A stretch of 63,482 nt of DNA, the filler included, from Dugesia japonica (taxonomy: Eukaryota), in the NCBI GenBank assembly GCA_001938525.1. It is 6 parts of 6 records of this genome, joined end to end, with 100 filler letters (N's around TTAATTAATTAA, not from the genome) between each part and the next. Parts side by side here need not be neighbours in the genome. Positions count along the whole stretch, not along the records: positions 1 to 14,345 come from MQRL01580451.1; 5 more parts are not named here. One strand, 5' to 3'. The position numbers and the translations under genes were made by a program. Under the pieces are notes generated by a model, which saw only the letters and a program-made list of their open reading frames with translations, did not search any database and had not been told where the DNA came from. This document shows, piece after piece, positions 1 to 14,345 of the stretch (the stretch's first letter is position 1; the number at the start of each line of letters is the position of its first letter).

Positions 1-1526
1 ATATAATTATAGGAGAAATAATAATCCACAGAAAAAGAAAACAAACTTTAAATACATCCAAAAAATCGAAGCAAGAGATAAAATCATAGATTCAATATTT
101 ATATTTATATATATATACAGTGAGTAGAAAGACAATTTATGAAAAATGACATTTAAAAAAAGTATTAAGATGTTGTCTAACGAGCTCATTTTGTACTATT
201 TAGTAACATAGAAGTAATGAGTAAACAGATGATTTATAGTTAAAGTAGTCTTTGGTCGTATAACTTTGATTTAAAATCAGTTTAATTAGCAGTCGATAAG
301 AATTACTTCTAGATTTACCCGTAAAAATACAAATCAGTTCATTTTTGGCTGGTGTTAAGTTAGAAAGATGGTCATCGCATATAAATTCTGTCACAGTGAA
401 GATTCTTTGAATATTCATACTTAACATACTTTTGACAAAAAGCATAAATCCTTTAACTTAAAATTATTTTTTGATACATTCATTTGAATTTTGTCGTACA
501 GCTATCAAGTTTATTGAGTTATTTTCGTTGTTATTAATCATAGTTGTTTGTTTTATGATGCATTTTTAATTCTGCAAGTTTCACATTTTATTTTCTTACC
601 CAAGTTCTGATTTTGACTCCGAAAAGATATTCTCCTAATAATAATCGCCATTTTCATTTGATTTGTAAATTTTTAATTTTCCGTGCATTCTTGAATGACT
701 TTCTCGGAAATTATACTTTTTTTAAAATTAATATTGTTGAAACATTTTCTGGTTACCAGACATATTTAGATGATGGAATTGTAAAACAATGTTATTTGAA
801 CATGTGTTGTATGTGTTTACTGAGATGCAATGATTACACTCTTGATTATGACTATTTGAAACTTAGTTTATCAATTTGTGAATGTGAATATATATAAATA
901 GTGTATTAACCTTTAATTTAGGACGTGACTATACATCAAAAATATTTTAATTTAAACCTATATAATTTTAAACTAAAATTTAATATCAAAATATCATTCT
1001 GTTTCTTAAGAGGTGGACAAAATTTAGAAAATTTTATAAATAGAAATCGATNNNNNNNNNNNNNNNNNNNNNNNNNNNNNNNNNNNNNNNNNNNNNNNNN
1101 NNNNNNNNNNNNNNNNNNNNNNNNNNNTTCTCAATTTGGCTTTACCGAAGTTTCTCCAGTGAATATCTTAATTCGAAATTTCCACTATTTTAATTTTAAA
1201 TTAAAAAATTACTAATTAAACAGAGTTTTAATTTGGTTGAATAAACAACTAGTGATGGTTATAGTTTTGTGTTTGTGAATAAATTTTTATGGAATCAAGT
1301 TGTGAATTCAATTATTCGATGAGTACTCCAAACTCATACCATTTTCACTATAAAGTCTTTATTTTGTTTAGTCCCAATAACAAAGGATAAGCATCAAATG
1401 AAAGATCTCACATTCACAACTCAAACAAACACTAACAATTACCGTTAAATTTCTATAATATCAAAAAATGATCTTTTACAAAAAAAGTACAACAAATTAC
1501 AAATATTATTAATATTATGCCAGTTT

Positions 1527-4500
1527 TCAAATTTTATTTATTAAAGTTTCATAAACTGTAAAAGAAACCGAAACAACTGGGACCACACGAATGTAATTTA
1601 TTGTCATTCCGCGAAAAAGCCCATTTGATATTCCATATTTATTAATTAATTTTTGCATCACAGTAAACCAAGTTCGTTTCTTTCCATCAGACTAAATAGA
1701 AATAGTAATCAATTATCAGTAATTGCAATTTATAACTCTATGATAAGCTCCTTTATTAACATTCAATTGCATAGTTCTTCGCACTACATCAAGTGGATAT
1801 GAAACAGTCTGAGCAACTAATCCAGCTATTGATCCACAAATCAAATTTCCATAAATATTTAAATGTTTAGTGGAACCTTTTTCGATTTTAACAAAGTATG
1901 GACTATCAATATGAATTAATGAAAGTTTCTTTAAATTTTCGAAAGTATAAAATGATGCTCCTGAAAAGTACAACAATTTGAATTTTCCAATAGAAATGAT
2001 TTTTAAATTTGTAAATAAATATAAAGATCACTTCGATAAAAATTTCAATTTTATTTTTGCAGTAATAAAATAAATTTATTATAAGGCTTATTATTATACA
2101 AAATAATGCACTTTACCATTGAGTTCAAATGTAAATAAAGACTTAAAATTAAATATTATGAAATAAGTTATAATTTATTAATCGATTATCAAGTAGTCTT
2201 GTATTCAAATTATTGGAAAATAAAGCAATTAATTTTGTTCATTTCGCTAATACTCAATTTAATTTTCTCATTACCTTAGAAATACAATTTCACTTAGTAT
2301 AACCAAAGTCGGTTTCTGGTGCTAGAATTTTTCAAAAGAACATCGTGAATGAAGAATCCCAAAATTTGAGCCCCAATGAAACATAAAGCCAATAGTAGAA
2401 TTTTTCTTGTTGAAAATTTATGAAAAATTATTTCATACAAAATAGTTCATACTTGATAAATATTAACATAAATAATAACATAANCTTTTAAATTATAATT
2501 TCAGATTTATGCAAAAAGCAACTGTGGGTTTAACTACTTTAAACTTTGACGTTTATTTCTGAAAAAAATTCTGTTTAACTAAGTTCATTTAACATATTAT
2601 TTTCCCTTTAGTGATTTTGACTAATTGTTTCTTCATTGTTTATTCCTATTTATTTAAACTTTCAACATTACAAGTAAAATAAAGTAAATTTGAGCAATTT
2701 AATTCTAAGAATTCAAAATGGAATTAAAAGCAGCAGAAACTGGTCAAAATATGAATTAAGCATTTTGCCAGGAAACAATCAACAAGAGTAAATTTCAAGA
2801 TTTATTACAAAAATTTTGTAATGGAGACTAGAGTCTTAAAGATGAAGAACGTCAAAAACAATTGAAGATCATTGTTAAAGTGAAAACAGGCTAAACAACT
2901 TGAAAGGTTAACCCTTTAACAGTTGTCGATACTTCCACCAATTTGATAAGTTTGACGAGTTCACAGATATCATAACCACGGATTTATATCTCACTGACAA
3001 GACCTCAAAACATGTGTCACAGACAGGCTCCATTGTGGAGAGAGCGCCATGTCATCGATCTGATTGTTACATTATTTACATAACTCGTAAAAATGAAACA
3101 TTTAAAACTTAAACACAGAAACTCTTTGAAATCAATTTTGCAATTTTAAAAAACAAATAAATTATTAATGTTTATGATAATGTATAATTCATAATAATGT
3201 ATAATATACATGATAATATATAATGTATAATTTTCAAAGTTGAAAAAAATTAACAAAGCATCGAAAAATAATGGGTCGCATTTTCACGTAGGCGAAGACG
3301 ATCCTCGCGCCGGTACTGCTCACTGCAATCAATAATTTTTTTTTCGATGACAAATATGTATAAATCAGAGATGGGGAATCTTTTTACTCTTAGAGGTGAC
3401 ATTTAAATCAGGCCACATTACTTGATATGTCGACCTTTAAATACCACTTTTATGAAATTATTTCAATTTTTATGTGGCTTTTTTATAAATAAGCAATTAT
3501 TTTCATATTTAAATACTACTTCAAATAAGAATAATAAAGTACAAGTATTTTTAAATAAATTTATTATAAAGAAACAATAGAAAACTAATAAAATTTAATT
3601 CAGTGAAATATTTGAACATTAAATCAAATATCTATTAATACAATAACTAGTTTTTAGGGAGGCCACAGGTTTCCCATCTCTGGTATAAATTCTAAATAAA
3701 TTGTAATGGTTTTTATTTTTATTAATAAACTAATTCTAAGGTGAAACATATTGCTTTAAATTTGATCATTTGAAATCGCACTTATTTTCGCAACAAAAAC
3801 AATGAATAACAATTTTAATAAATTTTCAATAAATAAATCGAAATTAAATTTAACTGCAGAAAAAAACTTTATTTAGAATGCATTTTCCTGAACATCTATA
3901 AAAAAAGCTTTAAAATGGTTCTTCAATTTTATAAAAATATATTTGTTACGTAATTTTCGTTATGCCATTTCGTTATATCAAAATTTTTGTCACAACAAAT
4001 TCTATTCATTTTTGTCAACATTAAACACTGCGTACCCATTGGACCACCCTGTATCTAATTTTAACATAAGTAATGAAAAATTAAAAACGTTTTATGATTT
4101 ATGAAAACAAATTTTATAGTTATTTAAAGTAATGGGTCATCCATAAATGACGTCACACGATTTTGGATGATTCTTTACACCCCTCCCCGCTTGTCACACT
4201 TAGTCACAAAAAGTCATAACCCTCAAATATGACATCACAAAATCTGCATCTCCTCCCCCAAACATTTATTTCTAAAAATTAAAATTTAAAGGTTCTAAAT
4301 TAATATTTGTCACGTTGAAAGACAGAGATAGCAGTGTTCAGCCCAGAGCTGTGTCCAGACTCAAATATGCTTCCCTAATGCTCAACAGTACACTGTGGCT
4401 CAGTTACAGGAATATATTAAAATAGTTAAAATTCAATAGTCTCATTTATTTTGATGTGACGTCACATATCTCAGATCCCCCTCGTCACGCATCGTCACAA

Positions 4501-7500
4501 ATGTATGACCCCCCTCCCCTAATCGTGTGACGTCATTTATGGATGGCCCCTAAGACCCGTAAACACATGTAAGTTATCAAAAAAACAAATANATTTAAAT
4601 ATTAAAACCAATAATACATGTAAGTCATTTGAACACTTCAGATTTCTATTTTAACCAATTTACATCAGTAATTGGCCTATAAATAAAATTACCACCAAAA
4701 ATAAATACATTAGTCGGATCATTCAATTAAACCCTAAAATTAATTTAAATTACATGCTTAATCAACAAAAAACTTTTATCGAAACAGAAGAACACAATAG
4801 TATAATAATTGATGAAAGACGCTGTAACAACAAACGATAATTTACAAAATAACTCATCAAGAAAAGTTTACTTAAATCGTTTTGGTCAAGTTCTATATCT
4901 TAATAATCTTAAAGCATTTTCTGAAGTAACCATAAGCATCTTCAATCCATATATTTTATTTCAAAATCTTCCTACTACTTTTTCAGCCATTCATTTTTGC
5001 CTTTTTTCTATCACTTCATTGGTGATATGAGTATTCCAGTTATTGGAGATCCATTTTTAATATTCGATTTAAGAAAGTTTTTCTTCTAATTGCTACTTTT
5101 TTGTTGAATTTTTTCTTCAAGTCGTTGGCTTTGTAGATAATTTTATATTTTCTGAAATGATTCTAAGTGAACATTGTATAAGAAACAGATTACAGTAGTG
5201 TTTCTCAAAAGTTCGTCTGTAAAAAAATTTCAGCGGTACACAAACAAGTGATAAAATAATGATAAATAAATTTTGTATGTGATTTTACGAAATAAACAAT
5301 AAAAAAATATTTATAATGATTATAATTTATTTTATTTAATTATTTTCATTTTTCCACGTTAAATTATTCAAATGAAGAAAAGGTTGAGAAACACTGTTTA
5401 ACTTGGAAACAAAATTTTGTATTTAGTTGCCAATAAAAAAATTTATGCATGTTTATTTTCAAGTTATATAATAAACCAAATTAAAATTTCCAAATCTTCG
5501 TCGTTGTGCCACTTGATGGCTTCTTTATTCAAAATATTAGCTTTTTTAAACTATTTTTATTCCTGCTTTAAATCGTAATGCGAATACAATCTGATCCTTG
5601 CAGATGAGATTTTGAAAGACCAATAATGATTCTTATTATATAATATTAAAGCAGTAGTAACAAAGTACTATTAATCTTTAACATAATAACTTTTGCTTTA
5701 ATAACAAAAATCGTCACCTCTACACTAGATGTGTCCAATCTTGAGCCTGTGGCAAAATTTAGTAAACTTAATTAAATTGAAATTGTTCAATCTTTTTTCA
5801 TTTTTATAAACTTATTCAAAAAAGGCATGATCGCTTTTAGTTGTTTTTAATGGCAAATTTACAGATATTACATATTGTTTGTATTAATTAATTGGAATNN
5901 NNNNNNNNNNNNNNNNNNNNNNNNNNNNNNNNNNNNNNNNNNNNNNNNNNNNNNNNNNNNNNNNNNNNNNNNNNNNNNNNNNNNNNNNNNNNNNNNNNNN
6001 NNNNNNNNNNNNNNNNNNNNNNNNNNNNNNNNNNNNNNNNNNNNNNNNNNNNNNNNNNNNNNNNNNNNNNNNNNNNNNNNNNNNNNNNNNNNNNNNNNNN
6101 NNNNNNNNNNNNNNAAAATAGATTTGACATTTGAAACCCGCTGAATATATCAGAGGTTTATTTAAATAGAGATTTTTGAGATTAAATCGCGGTAAAAAAA
6201 ACTTTCGTTAATTCAACTAAAATTTAATTCAACTAAAAGTTAATTATATAGAAATTTTTTTATTAAATTTGTAATAAAAACGCAAAATAAATAGTGCAAA
6301 TTTTTAATACAATTTTTATGTGTCATCATAGTGCTTTGCACCCGCATTGCATGGAGGAACTCTCATTACTCTCCTGAATTTAAAAAGGTTGGACACATCT
6401 GCTCTACAGAACAAAAATATAAAAGCAAAATTAACTTAAAAATCGATTTAAAAAAATTCTGACAAATTCTAACTTAACCTATTTTGGAAAAGCTTTATAA
6501 GCATTATAAAAATAAAGGAAGTTATAACACTAAGAAAATCAATGTATCTAAAATCATATATAACGGTGTTTCTCAACCCAAAACACACTGCGAATTAGTA
6601 AAATTTAGCATTTGTTAATAGGGACCACTAATAATAATAATGATAATAATACTTTTTTAAGAAAACAAATATGTTTAATCTACCAATAAATTTATTTATT
6701 TTGTTTGTGGAAAATCGCTATTGATTTCTTGTTATTGATTTACATTGGAAATTAAGTTTTAAGAATATAATCAAGATCTGATCATTATATAAATTGGCTA
6801 ACTAAATAAATACTGTTATCATTAAGAATTTAATTTTATAAATATTTTTTTATAAATCAGAAAGACGTTAAAGTTTAGTTGTAAATAAAATTTTTATTAC
6901 ATTTAGCATGTTAACGAAAGTTCAATTTATTATTTTAAATTTTTTTTATAAATTTTGATCGTGGCCCACTCGAGTTTGAAAAACTTTTTTTGGCCCAGTA
7001 AAGATTTTTGGTTGGCCATGGCTAATCTAATGTAAAAAAAATTGCAAATAACCTTAATTTGAATTAAATTTAAAAAAATTATTATATGTTTATTTAAAAT
7101 GTTTTGGTTGTTAAAGGACTAATAATTATTAAAAAAAAATTTCAAGGACCACTAAAATTTTCTTAGGGACTACCTGTTGAGAAACACTGAAAATAAAATT
7201 AAATAAAAATCTTAGAAAGAAAACAAAATAATTAGGAACAATCAATATAAAAATACAATTAATTCATATACACGTACATGCAACAAGCATTCGATAGCAC
7301 ACATAATCACATAATAAAATTTCATGAAACCAACATTCAAACATTTTATAATTTATAATGCAGGATGCGCCATAAGTATTTTCCTACCTCTTTTTAAAAC
7401 AAATACCAAAACGTAACAGAAAATTACATTTCTGTTACACCATGATCTTTCGGATTAAATTTTGAAAATTAAATCTTTTAAATGCTGCCCATCAGAGAGT

Positions 7501-8931
7501 TCACAAGTTTAGACTTTTAGTAGGAAGTAAATAACTTTTGACCCACCCTGTATAATCTAAATTGGTTACAGAATTAAAACCAATCAAGACTTTTCTTTTA
7601 AGATATATTGCAAAAAGGCTGTTTATATAATCGGATGAGAAATTAAGACTAACCAAAAATTAAGATTTAATTCTTAATTGGTCTTAATTCTTGGTTTTTC
7701 TTATTTCTTAATTGATCTTAATTCTTCGTTGTTCTTATTTATTAATTGGTCTTAATTCTTGGTTGGTCTTAATTTCTCACCCCATCTAAATTATAAGAAT
7801 TGCTAACTGCCGAGCTACAATGAAAACATAAGCTTACCGTACTTGAAGTTTAGTGACTATAATATTCTTTGAATAACAATACGATATTATTTTTGATGTC
7901 TTTTTGATGCATCTTAAATTTAAACAAATAAAAATTGGATATAAGATGAAATCACTAAATTTTTTCACGCATTATTTAATAAATTACTTAAAATTCATAC
8001 CATTAGAGTAAATACATTTAGAAAAAGTATTTTCTTGTGTTATTCATTCTTTCGAAATAAACCAGAAACTATTTAAAGAAAATTTAAAATGTTAGCTTGA
8101 AATATGTCTGAAAATAAATATCAGTGAATCTATTAAAGTTTCAATGAATGGAAATAAAATAAAATTCAAAATATAACTTCTATAGTTTAAGAGTAAGTAC
8201 GATAAATTTTTTTTTACTTGATTTGAACTCGTTAAAAGGTCTCTAAAGAAATTGAATAAATCAATAAAATTAAACCAGCAACAAATATCTTAATCAAGAT
8301 TAAAATAAATATAATATGAACAACTGTATATATATACACATTCATCTGCCTACAAGGAATGAAAATTGAAATCAAATTTGACCCAGTATTAATTAAATTT
8401 AATTCCAAATTTTATTATTTTTTATTTTATGTATTAACATCAACAAATCCGAGAAATACTAAAAATAAAACCCGGAAATTAAGATAAAAATTATGGAAAC
8501 CAATTTTGGTACCTTTATCTAATTTATCTAAATTATATTTAGTTGAAATATGTACAATTAATTTATTATCAGAAAACCTGCATATGGTGCCATTCCAATA
8601 AGAGTAGGACTGAAGCCTTTATAAAGACCCAAAATTCCATTTTCGTTTTTAATTATTGTAATGAAAGCGTGAATTATGCCTCTGTAATGCTGGTGATGAT
8701 GTGAATGATGATGATGATGGTGGTTGTGGTAGTGATGGTGGTTATGATGATTAGATATAAGTGGTGAAGCAGTTTTGTTGGATTGAATTTCTAAATCAGG
8801 ACCATAAAATGAAACATCTGTCAGCACCTTTTCTTTATTTGCAAAAAAATTAAATTTTGAATGTTTATCTTGAAATGCAATTCGTGCTCTAATTAAATCG
8901 AGAGGATATGTTAAAGTACATGCAGTCATAC
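1527..8931 (-). CDS. SLC25A16: Mitochondrial carrier, Graves disease carrier protein/CoA transporter-like; last three exons 8578-8931, 1737-1960, 1527-1691; 5' exons not identified in the window
   Basis: Carrier signatures [13 protein letters not shown] and [12 protein letters not shown], plus [42 protein letters not shown] and [15 protein letters not shown], match SLC25A16. GT-AG junctions are phase-consistent (phase-1 intron of about 6.6 kb; phase-0 intron of 45 bp). Stop TGA at 1527-1529. Confidence 0.88.
2715..2900 (+). pseudogene. mariner transposase N-terminal HTH remnant
   Basis: Degenerate translation [32 protein letters not shown] resembles the mariner/SETMAR-type N-terminus. Confidence 0.5.
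3366..3682. mobile_element. hAT-type MITE
   Basis: TIRs CAGAGATGGG...CCCATCTCTG with a perfect 8-bp TSD GTATAAAT on both sides. Confidence 0.85.
4133..4550. mobile_element. PIF/Harbinger-type MITE
   Basis: TIRs of about 28 bp, (T)GGGTCATCCATAAATGACGTCACACGA / TCGTGTGACGTCATTTATGGATGGCCCC; TAA TSD; subterminal GTCAC repeats. Confidence 0.85.
5196..5396. mobile_element. hAT-type MITE remnant
   Basis: TAGTGTTTCTCAA ... GTTGAGAAACACTG inverted termini; same terminus family as 6563-7189. Confidence 0.55.
5726..6401. mobile_element. hAT-type MITE spanning a gap
   Basis: TIRs TAGATGTGTCCAATCTT / AAGGTTGGACACATCTG; near-perfect 8-bp TSD CTCTACAC/CTCTACAG. Confidence 0.75.
6563..7189. mobile_element. 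hAT-type MITE, probably with a nested fragment
   Basis: CGGTGTTTCTCAACC ... GTTGAGAAACACTG termini; subterminal GGACCACTA motifs. Confidence 0.55.
7633..7782. repeat. Short foldback element with internal TCTTAAT(TGG) tandem units
   Basis: GGATGAGAAATTAAGACTAACC is inverted against GGTTGGTCTTAATTTCTCACCC; the interior consists of repeated TCTTAATT units. Confidence 0.6.
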
Positions 8932-9097
8932 CTACAAATAAAATTAACAATAATTGGCTTATTATTTAAATAAATATTTTATTACATAATTGAATTTGAT
9001 GAAAGTATCACTTTAAGTTATCAAAGAAAAAATAAAAATCACCCGTAGACAAAATCTACATATTGTATTATTTTATCATATTAATTTATCATATTAA

Positions 9098-9426
9098 CCC
9101 TCAAACGGTGAATGTGTGTCCAATAGATACATTTCAGAACAAATTGGTTAATAACATACATTTTAAATACGGAAATTTATACTTTACTGTATATGAAAAA
9201 AAACAATTTTTCATGTGTCCATTAGACACTTACGAGCCGGATGTAATACAAAAATCTTTCAGCCACTTGAGTGTTATTTGAGTCATTTACTGACCGATAG
9301 ATATTTATGGGGAAAGAAAGATACGACGATATTGTCCAATGTTGTTTGATCTTGCAAAAGACGTCGACCCTTCACTGGTGGACATATTCATATTAGTCTA
9401 GTACTGGATGAGAAGTAGTTAAAGGG
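9098..9426. mobile_element. piggyBac-like non-autonomous remnant
   Basis: TTAA-CCCT... at the left end and AAAGGG-TTTAA at the right; internal repeat TGTGTCCA(A/T)TAGA(T/C)AC. Confidence 0.45.
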
Positions 9427-10622
9427 TTTAAGAGAGTGTCTCTTACTATCACACAGTTCCTTCTCGCGGTCCTGCTGAATGACCATCTAATCGTGACTAT
9501 GACGAAATACTGTATAGATCTGCAATCTCGAACGTATGTGATTTGCGATTTATTTCTTAGTAAAATTCTCAGTCATTTATAGCTTTGAGAAATCACTTTG
9601 GTCAGATCATATTATGGGAGTATAGATTAATTAAAATATTACACTATAGATGTAAGCATTACTCTATGCATGTAAATCAAGTAGAAATAGGCAGATCGTC
9701 ATAAAGTCTGCGATTTATTTCTTAGTGAGATCTGAGAGCTGCCTAGTGTAGCTCTACAAAATTGCTTTAGTCAAATCTTTTAAGTTACTTTTGTTCAATT
9801 TAATACCGAAAACTCAGAAAAAGCTTCCCTTAAAATTGGAGCATCAGAGAATGATAAAGAATGAACTTTCCTTAACACGTTGAGTGATTCTGATAAATTT
9901 GAACTCTAATTCTGGGAATGTTAGTCTGTGGTGCATTGACGGATTTGATGAGGATTTGGACATACCTCAAAATCCTCACAAGAATCAGTTACCTTGTGTA
10001 TAATCTGTCAAAATCTCGTATTTTAGGTTGAACAAAAGCTAAAATTGTAGTTAGTGGGTTCTAAACAGTAAAAAATCCAAGATTATCCCCAACAAAGCGG
10101 ATGCTGCTTGCTTACAAAAGGTCTACCTTGGTTTTGTTGATAGTCACAACGCCTTTACAGTTAGCGTCAGATCATCATGCATGAGTTTAAGTGTTTTTAT
10201 ACACAAAATATCAGCAACAATAATAATTATTATTATATTTCATTGAATCCAAAAGCTATTAAAATTTTGTCAATACTTAAATTTGTGATTATCATTATTT
10301 TCTAAAGCCCTTTGAATAAAGTATTAGGTTGTATCATAGTTAAGAGCACATAAGATTCTTTGTTTCATAAATGTTAATCATTATTATTATTGATAAATAA
10401 ATTTAATTTTATCTAATAATTAATGGTTAGATCTTGATATTGCTATTTATGATTATGCCATCTCTATTATTCTTTGTGATATATTCATTTATTATAATTA
10501 AAAATGAATATATGTAAAACAATTAATTATCAAATTAGTTGTTTAAATATCAAAAAGAGCTGTTTTTTGTTTAAATACATATTGGAATTATTAGCTTATA
10601 TTCTTAAATTATACTCTTAACA

Positions 10623-11180
10623 TGGTGTCACAAACAGAAAATTATTTATTTAAATAAATATAAGAATTAATAGTTTATCGAAAGGAAGATCAGAAAAATA
10701 TTCCAATACATATTGGTAAGATAATGAATTTTCTAAAATTGTTTGAATTACAGAAATTAAATTAAGCCAAATGTGCAATTTTTCTTAAATATTTTTCAGG
10801 TAATTTAGTTAAAGTCAAGTCTGGTTTTGATAACAAAGAAATATTAATTGACTATTTGAAAACAGAATTCATAAAACTTTTGGAATTAAAGAGATCTTAA
10901 GTTAATCAAGTTCAATCTATTTTCAATATTTTTCAAGAACGAGATGAAAGTATAATAAATTATGCAAGAAGAATTAGAATTGAAGCTATGAATATCAGTG
11001 AAAATAAAGAGCAAATAATGATTCAAACTTTTTTAAAGGATTTAAGAAATCAGAAATTTACTTCTATTGTACAAGTACTAAACCCGGAAACATTGAAAAC
11101 TGTAACTGAATCAATTAAAGATGAAGATTGTACCATCAAAGAAATAGCAGATGAAAATATTACTTATTTTCGGTCCTTTC

Positions 11181-11221
<41 letters not shown>

Positions 11222-13995
11222 GAAGTAATGAAATCAATGAGAATGGAAATAGAGAATTTTAAAAAAGGAATCCAAGTTTTAAAATCAAAATTAAGTGGAA
11301 ATAGAAATACAGAGATACAGCCGACAATATGTAAATAAAAATAAAAATAGTGAAGGATTTAAATGTTTCAAATGCAATAAAGTTGGCCACATTGTGAAAT
11401 TCTGTAAAATTAAGAAATGTTTCAGCTGTGGAAAGAATCATTTAATGAATTTTTTTGAAAAAAAAGAAACCTTTCGATATTTCTAAACAAAAAACGACGA
11501 AAACATTTCAAATAAGGAAGAAAATATTTTAGAAGATTTAATATCCAATAGTGATAATGAACTAAATATCCTGGAAACGATTAAAAATACTTCAGATTAT
11601 TTACAAGATAATTTATCAGAAATAAAAGTGATGGAACATGTGTGGTCATCAAATAGAACAAAAAAGATCATCGCAAGTTTTACAGAAAAGAAAGATGTAT
11701 TGAATAATTATGTAAGTTTTATTAATGGGCATTGCTCGAATCCCAAAGCAGTAATTAGAAAATATGAACCTACTTTGATTTCAACATCAAGAAAGAAATG
11801 AGCAAGAAATAAACACATTGTTGAGTGTCAACTAAAAGGAGAAAATCAGACTAATGTTCAATGTTATCAGTGAAACACTACCAAATAGATTAGTGAAACA
11901 ATATCGTGATCTGCAAATTCAAAATTCGACTACTAGAGTGACTTGTGCGAATGGAAACTCAGTAAATTATTTAGGAAAACTAACTTTAAATGTAAACATT
12001 GGACCAATTGTAAAGAGATACGTGTTCGAAATTATGCCTAATGAATTTCCCCACTCGTACATAGGGGAAATACATATGGTTGAGAAATATGAAGAAATAT
12101 GTTACCTTCAAAATATGGTATAATGATTCCAGATGCGTTGTTGCCATTTGTATCAAAAATAGTGATTTTTTCATTTTTAAACTAATACCGACCATATTAC
12201 AGAGTCCAGATATGGGTGATCTAGTGCAGTGGCTCAAAATAGAAATTTTTTTAAAGTGGTAGTAGAGTGTAATGTAAAAATGGATAATGTTGGAGAATAT
12301 TTTATAAGAGGTATGATTGTTAATAATGATAACGAAAAGGTATCGGAGATATGACCAGAGTGTGTATTTTATGGTAACAAAAGTAAAATGGCTGACAGAG
12401 ACTTATTAATAGGTGACAGTTTAGTGAAGAGTTATTTTGAATATATTCCTATAAGAATTAATATGCTCGATGGATGATCTAAAACCGTGTATAAGGGAAC
12501 AAATTTAGGGTGTTTGGGCGAATTGGAAGAAAAAATAACCAAAGTAGATTCATGCTCCAGAAATTTATCAATTAATGAAGCCAAGGTTGATAATCCAGAA
12601 ACTACCAGAATTTTGAAAAATATTGAATTGCAACTGAAAAATGAAAGAAAAGAATCAGAAATTATGACGCTAATGAGAATAATATGTGATAATATAGATG
12701 TATTCAGTAAACATAAAATGGATATTGGGAGAACAAATGCCATCCAACATGCTATTGAAACAGAGAATGATGTTTCATTAGCATTTAAACCCCGAAGAAT
12801 ACAAAATGGCTTAGAAAATGAAGTTGGAAAAATGATTAATGAACTTTTGAAAAACGATATTATAAGAGAAAGTACGTGTGATTGCTAGAAAAAAGAATGG
12901 AGATATAAGAATGTGCGTCAACCATAGGTCATTAAATACAAAAACATCTCAATCCATTTTTCCCATTCTATCTGCAAATGAATTATTTTATATCGTTTCC
13001 GATTCAATGTATTTCTAGATTTTTCAAGTGGCTATTACCAAGTCCCAATAAAATAAGAAGATATTTAGAAAACTGCTTTCAGCACGAGATATGACCAATT
13101 TGAGTTCAACAGAATGCCTTTGGGATTGTGCTCGGCACTTGCTACCTTCCAAAAACTGATGAATGCTGTACTGAGAAAGGAAAATTGGATCAAGTGTGTA
13201 ATTTATTTGAATGACATTCTTGTTTTCGGCAGAATGATTGAAGAGCACAATGAACGAATTAACAATGTACTGATGCGATTAAAAGCAAATTTAAAAATCT
13301 TACCAGATAAACACCGATTTCTTCAGATAGAAGTAAAATATTTAGGACATATTGTTAATAAGGAGGGAGTTCAAACAGATTCCGAAAAAATTGAAAGTAT
13401 AAGAAAATGGGAACTACCGTCTTGCAAGGAGCTTCAGACACTCCTGGAATTCTGGAATTATTACAGGAAATTTATCAGAAACTACGCAACAATATCTGCT
13501 GAGTTATCTTCGATGTTGCAAAATGAAAAGAAGCTTGAACAGTCAGAGGAAAGAAATGCATCATTTTATGAATTGATTTCAGCACCGACATTATGTCTAC
13601 CTCGGGAAAATATCGAATATATTGTAGACACAGATGCTTACCATACTTCTATAGGAGCCGTTTTATCTCAGATACAAGACAACAAAGAAAAATTAATTGC
13701 TTATGCTAGTAAATATTTAACAGCGTGCCAACGTCACTATTGTAAAACTAGGAAAGAGCTATTCTCTATTTACACATTTGTGCTTAAATTTAGGCACTAT
13801 TTGATGGTAAAAAGAATTTGATTTAAAAAGAATAGATTCGAAACATAATTATAGAAAATCAATGGATACATTGGTTTACAAAATTTGGAATACCGAAACA
13901 AATTCACTCTGGAATAAATTTTTCATCTTAACTGTTTAGACAATTATGCACTTTATTACGAAAAAATAAATCATTGACTTCACCTTATTATCAGC
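10623..13995 (+). mobile_element. Degenerate Ty3/gypsy LTR retrotransposon (gag, protease region, RT, RNase H, integrase fragment)
   Basis: PBS-like TGGTGTCA after ...AACA; CCHC knuckle CFKCNKVGHIVKFC; RT motifs MPLGLCSALATFQKLM, YLND, VKYLGH; RNase H DTDAYHTSIGAVLSQ; integrase FGIPKQIH. Many stops and frameshifts. Confidence 0.92.
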
Positions 13996-14345
13996 TTAAA
14001 ATAAACTAAATTATCAGCAAAAGTTGCTGTTCAGAGTCAGAATTTTCGAATTTTTGGGAAACAAGCATTTTTAAGCTTCTGAAACGGTGACTTTAAGATC
14101 AAACAACAGTTGAGAATATCTGATTTAATGAGTTTTGTTGTTTTTCGTTAAAATAAATTTATTGAAAAAGCGCTCTTTAATAATGTTACACCTAATATTA
14201 ATAAATAACATTTTAATTTGTTCTAAAATAGGATTTAAAGATTTAAATGTTCATCAATATTTATTTATAATACAAGATTATGCATTTGCTTTAATATAAT
14301 TTGAGATTTCTGAATTTTAAATGCATTTTCATTAATTGATAAATC

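Noticed and set aside
200-1215. Short ORFs at the window start
   Set aside because: No recognisable motif or coherent splice structure; consistent with chance ORFs in AT-rich DNA.
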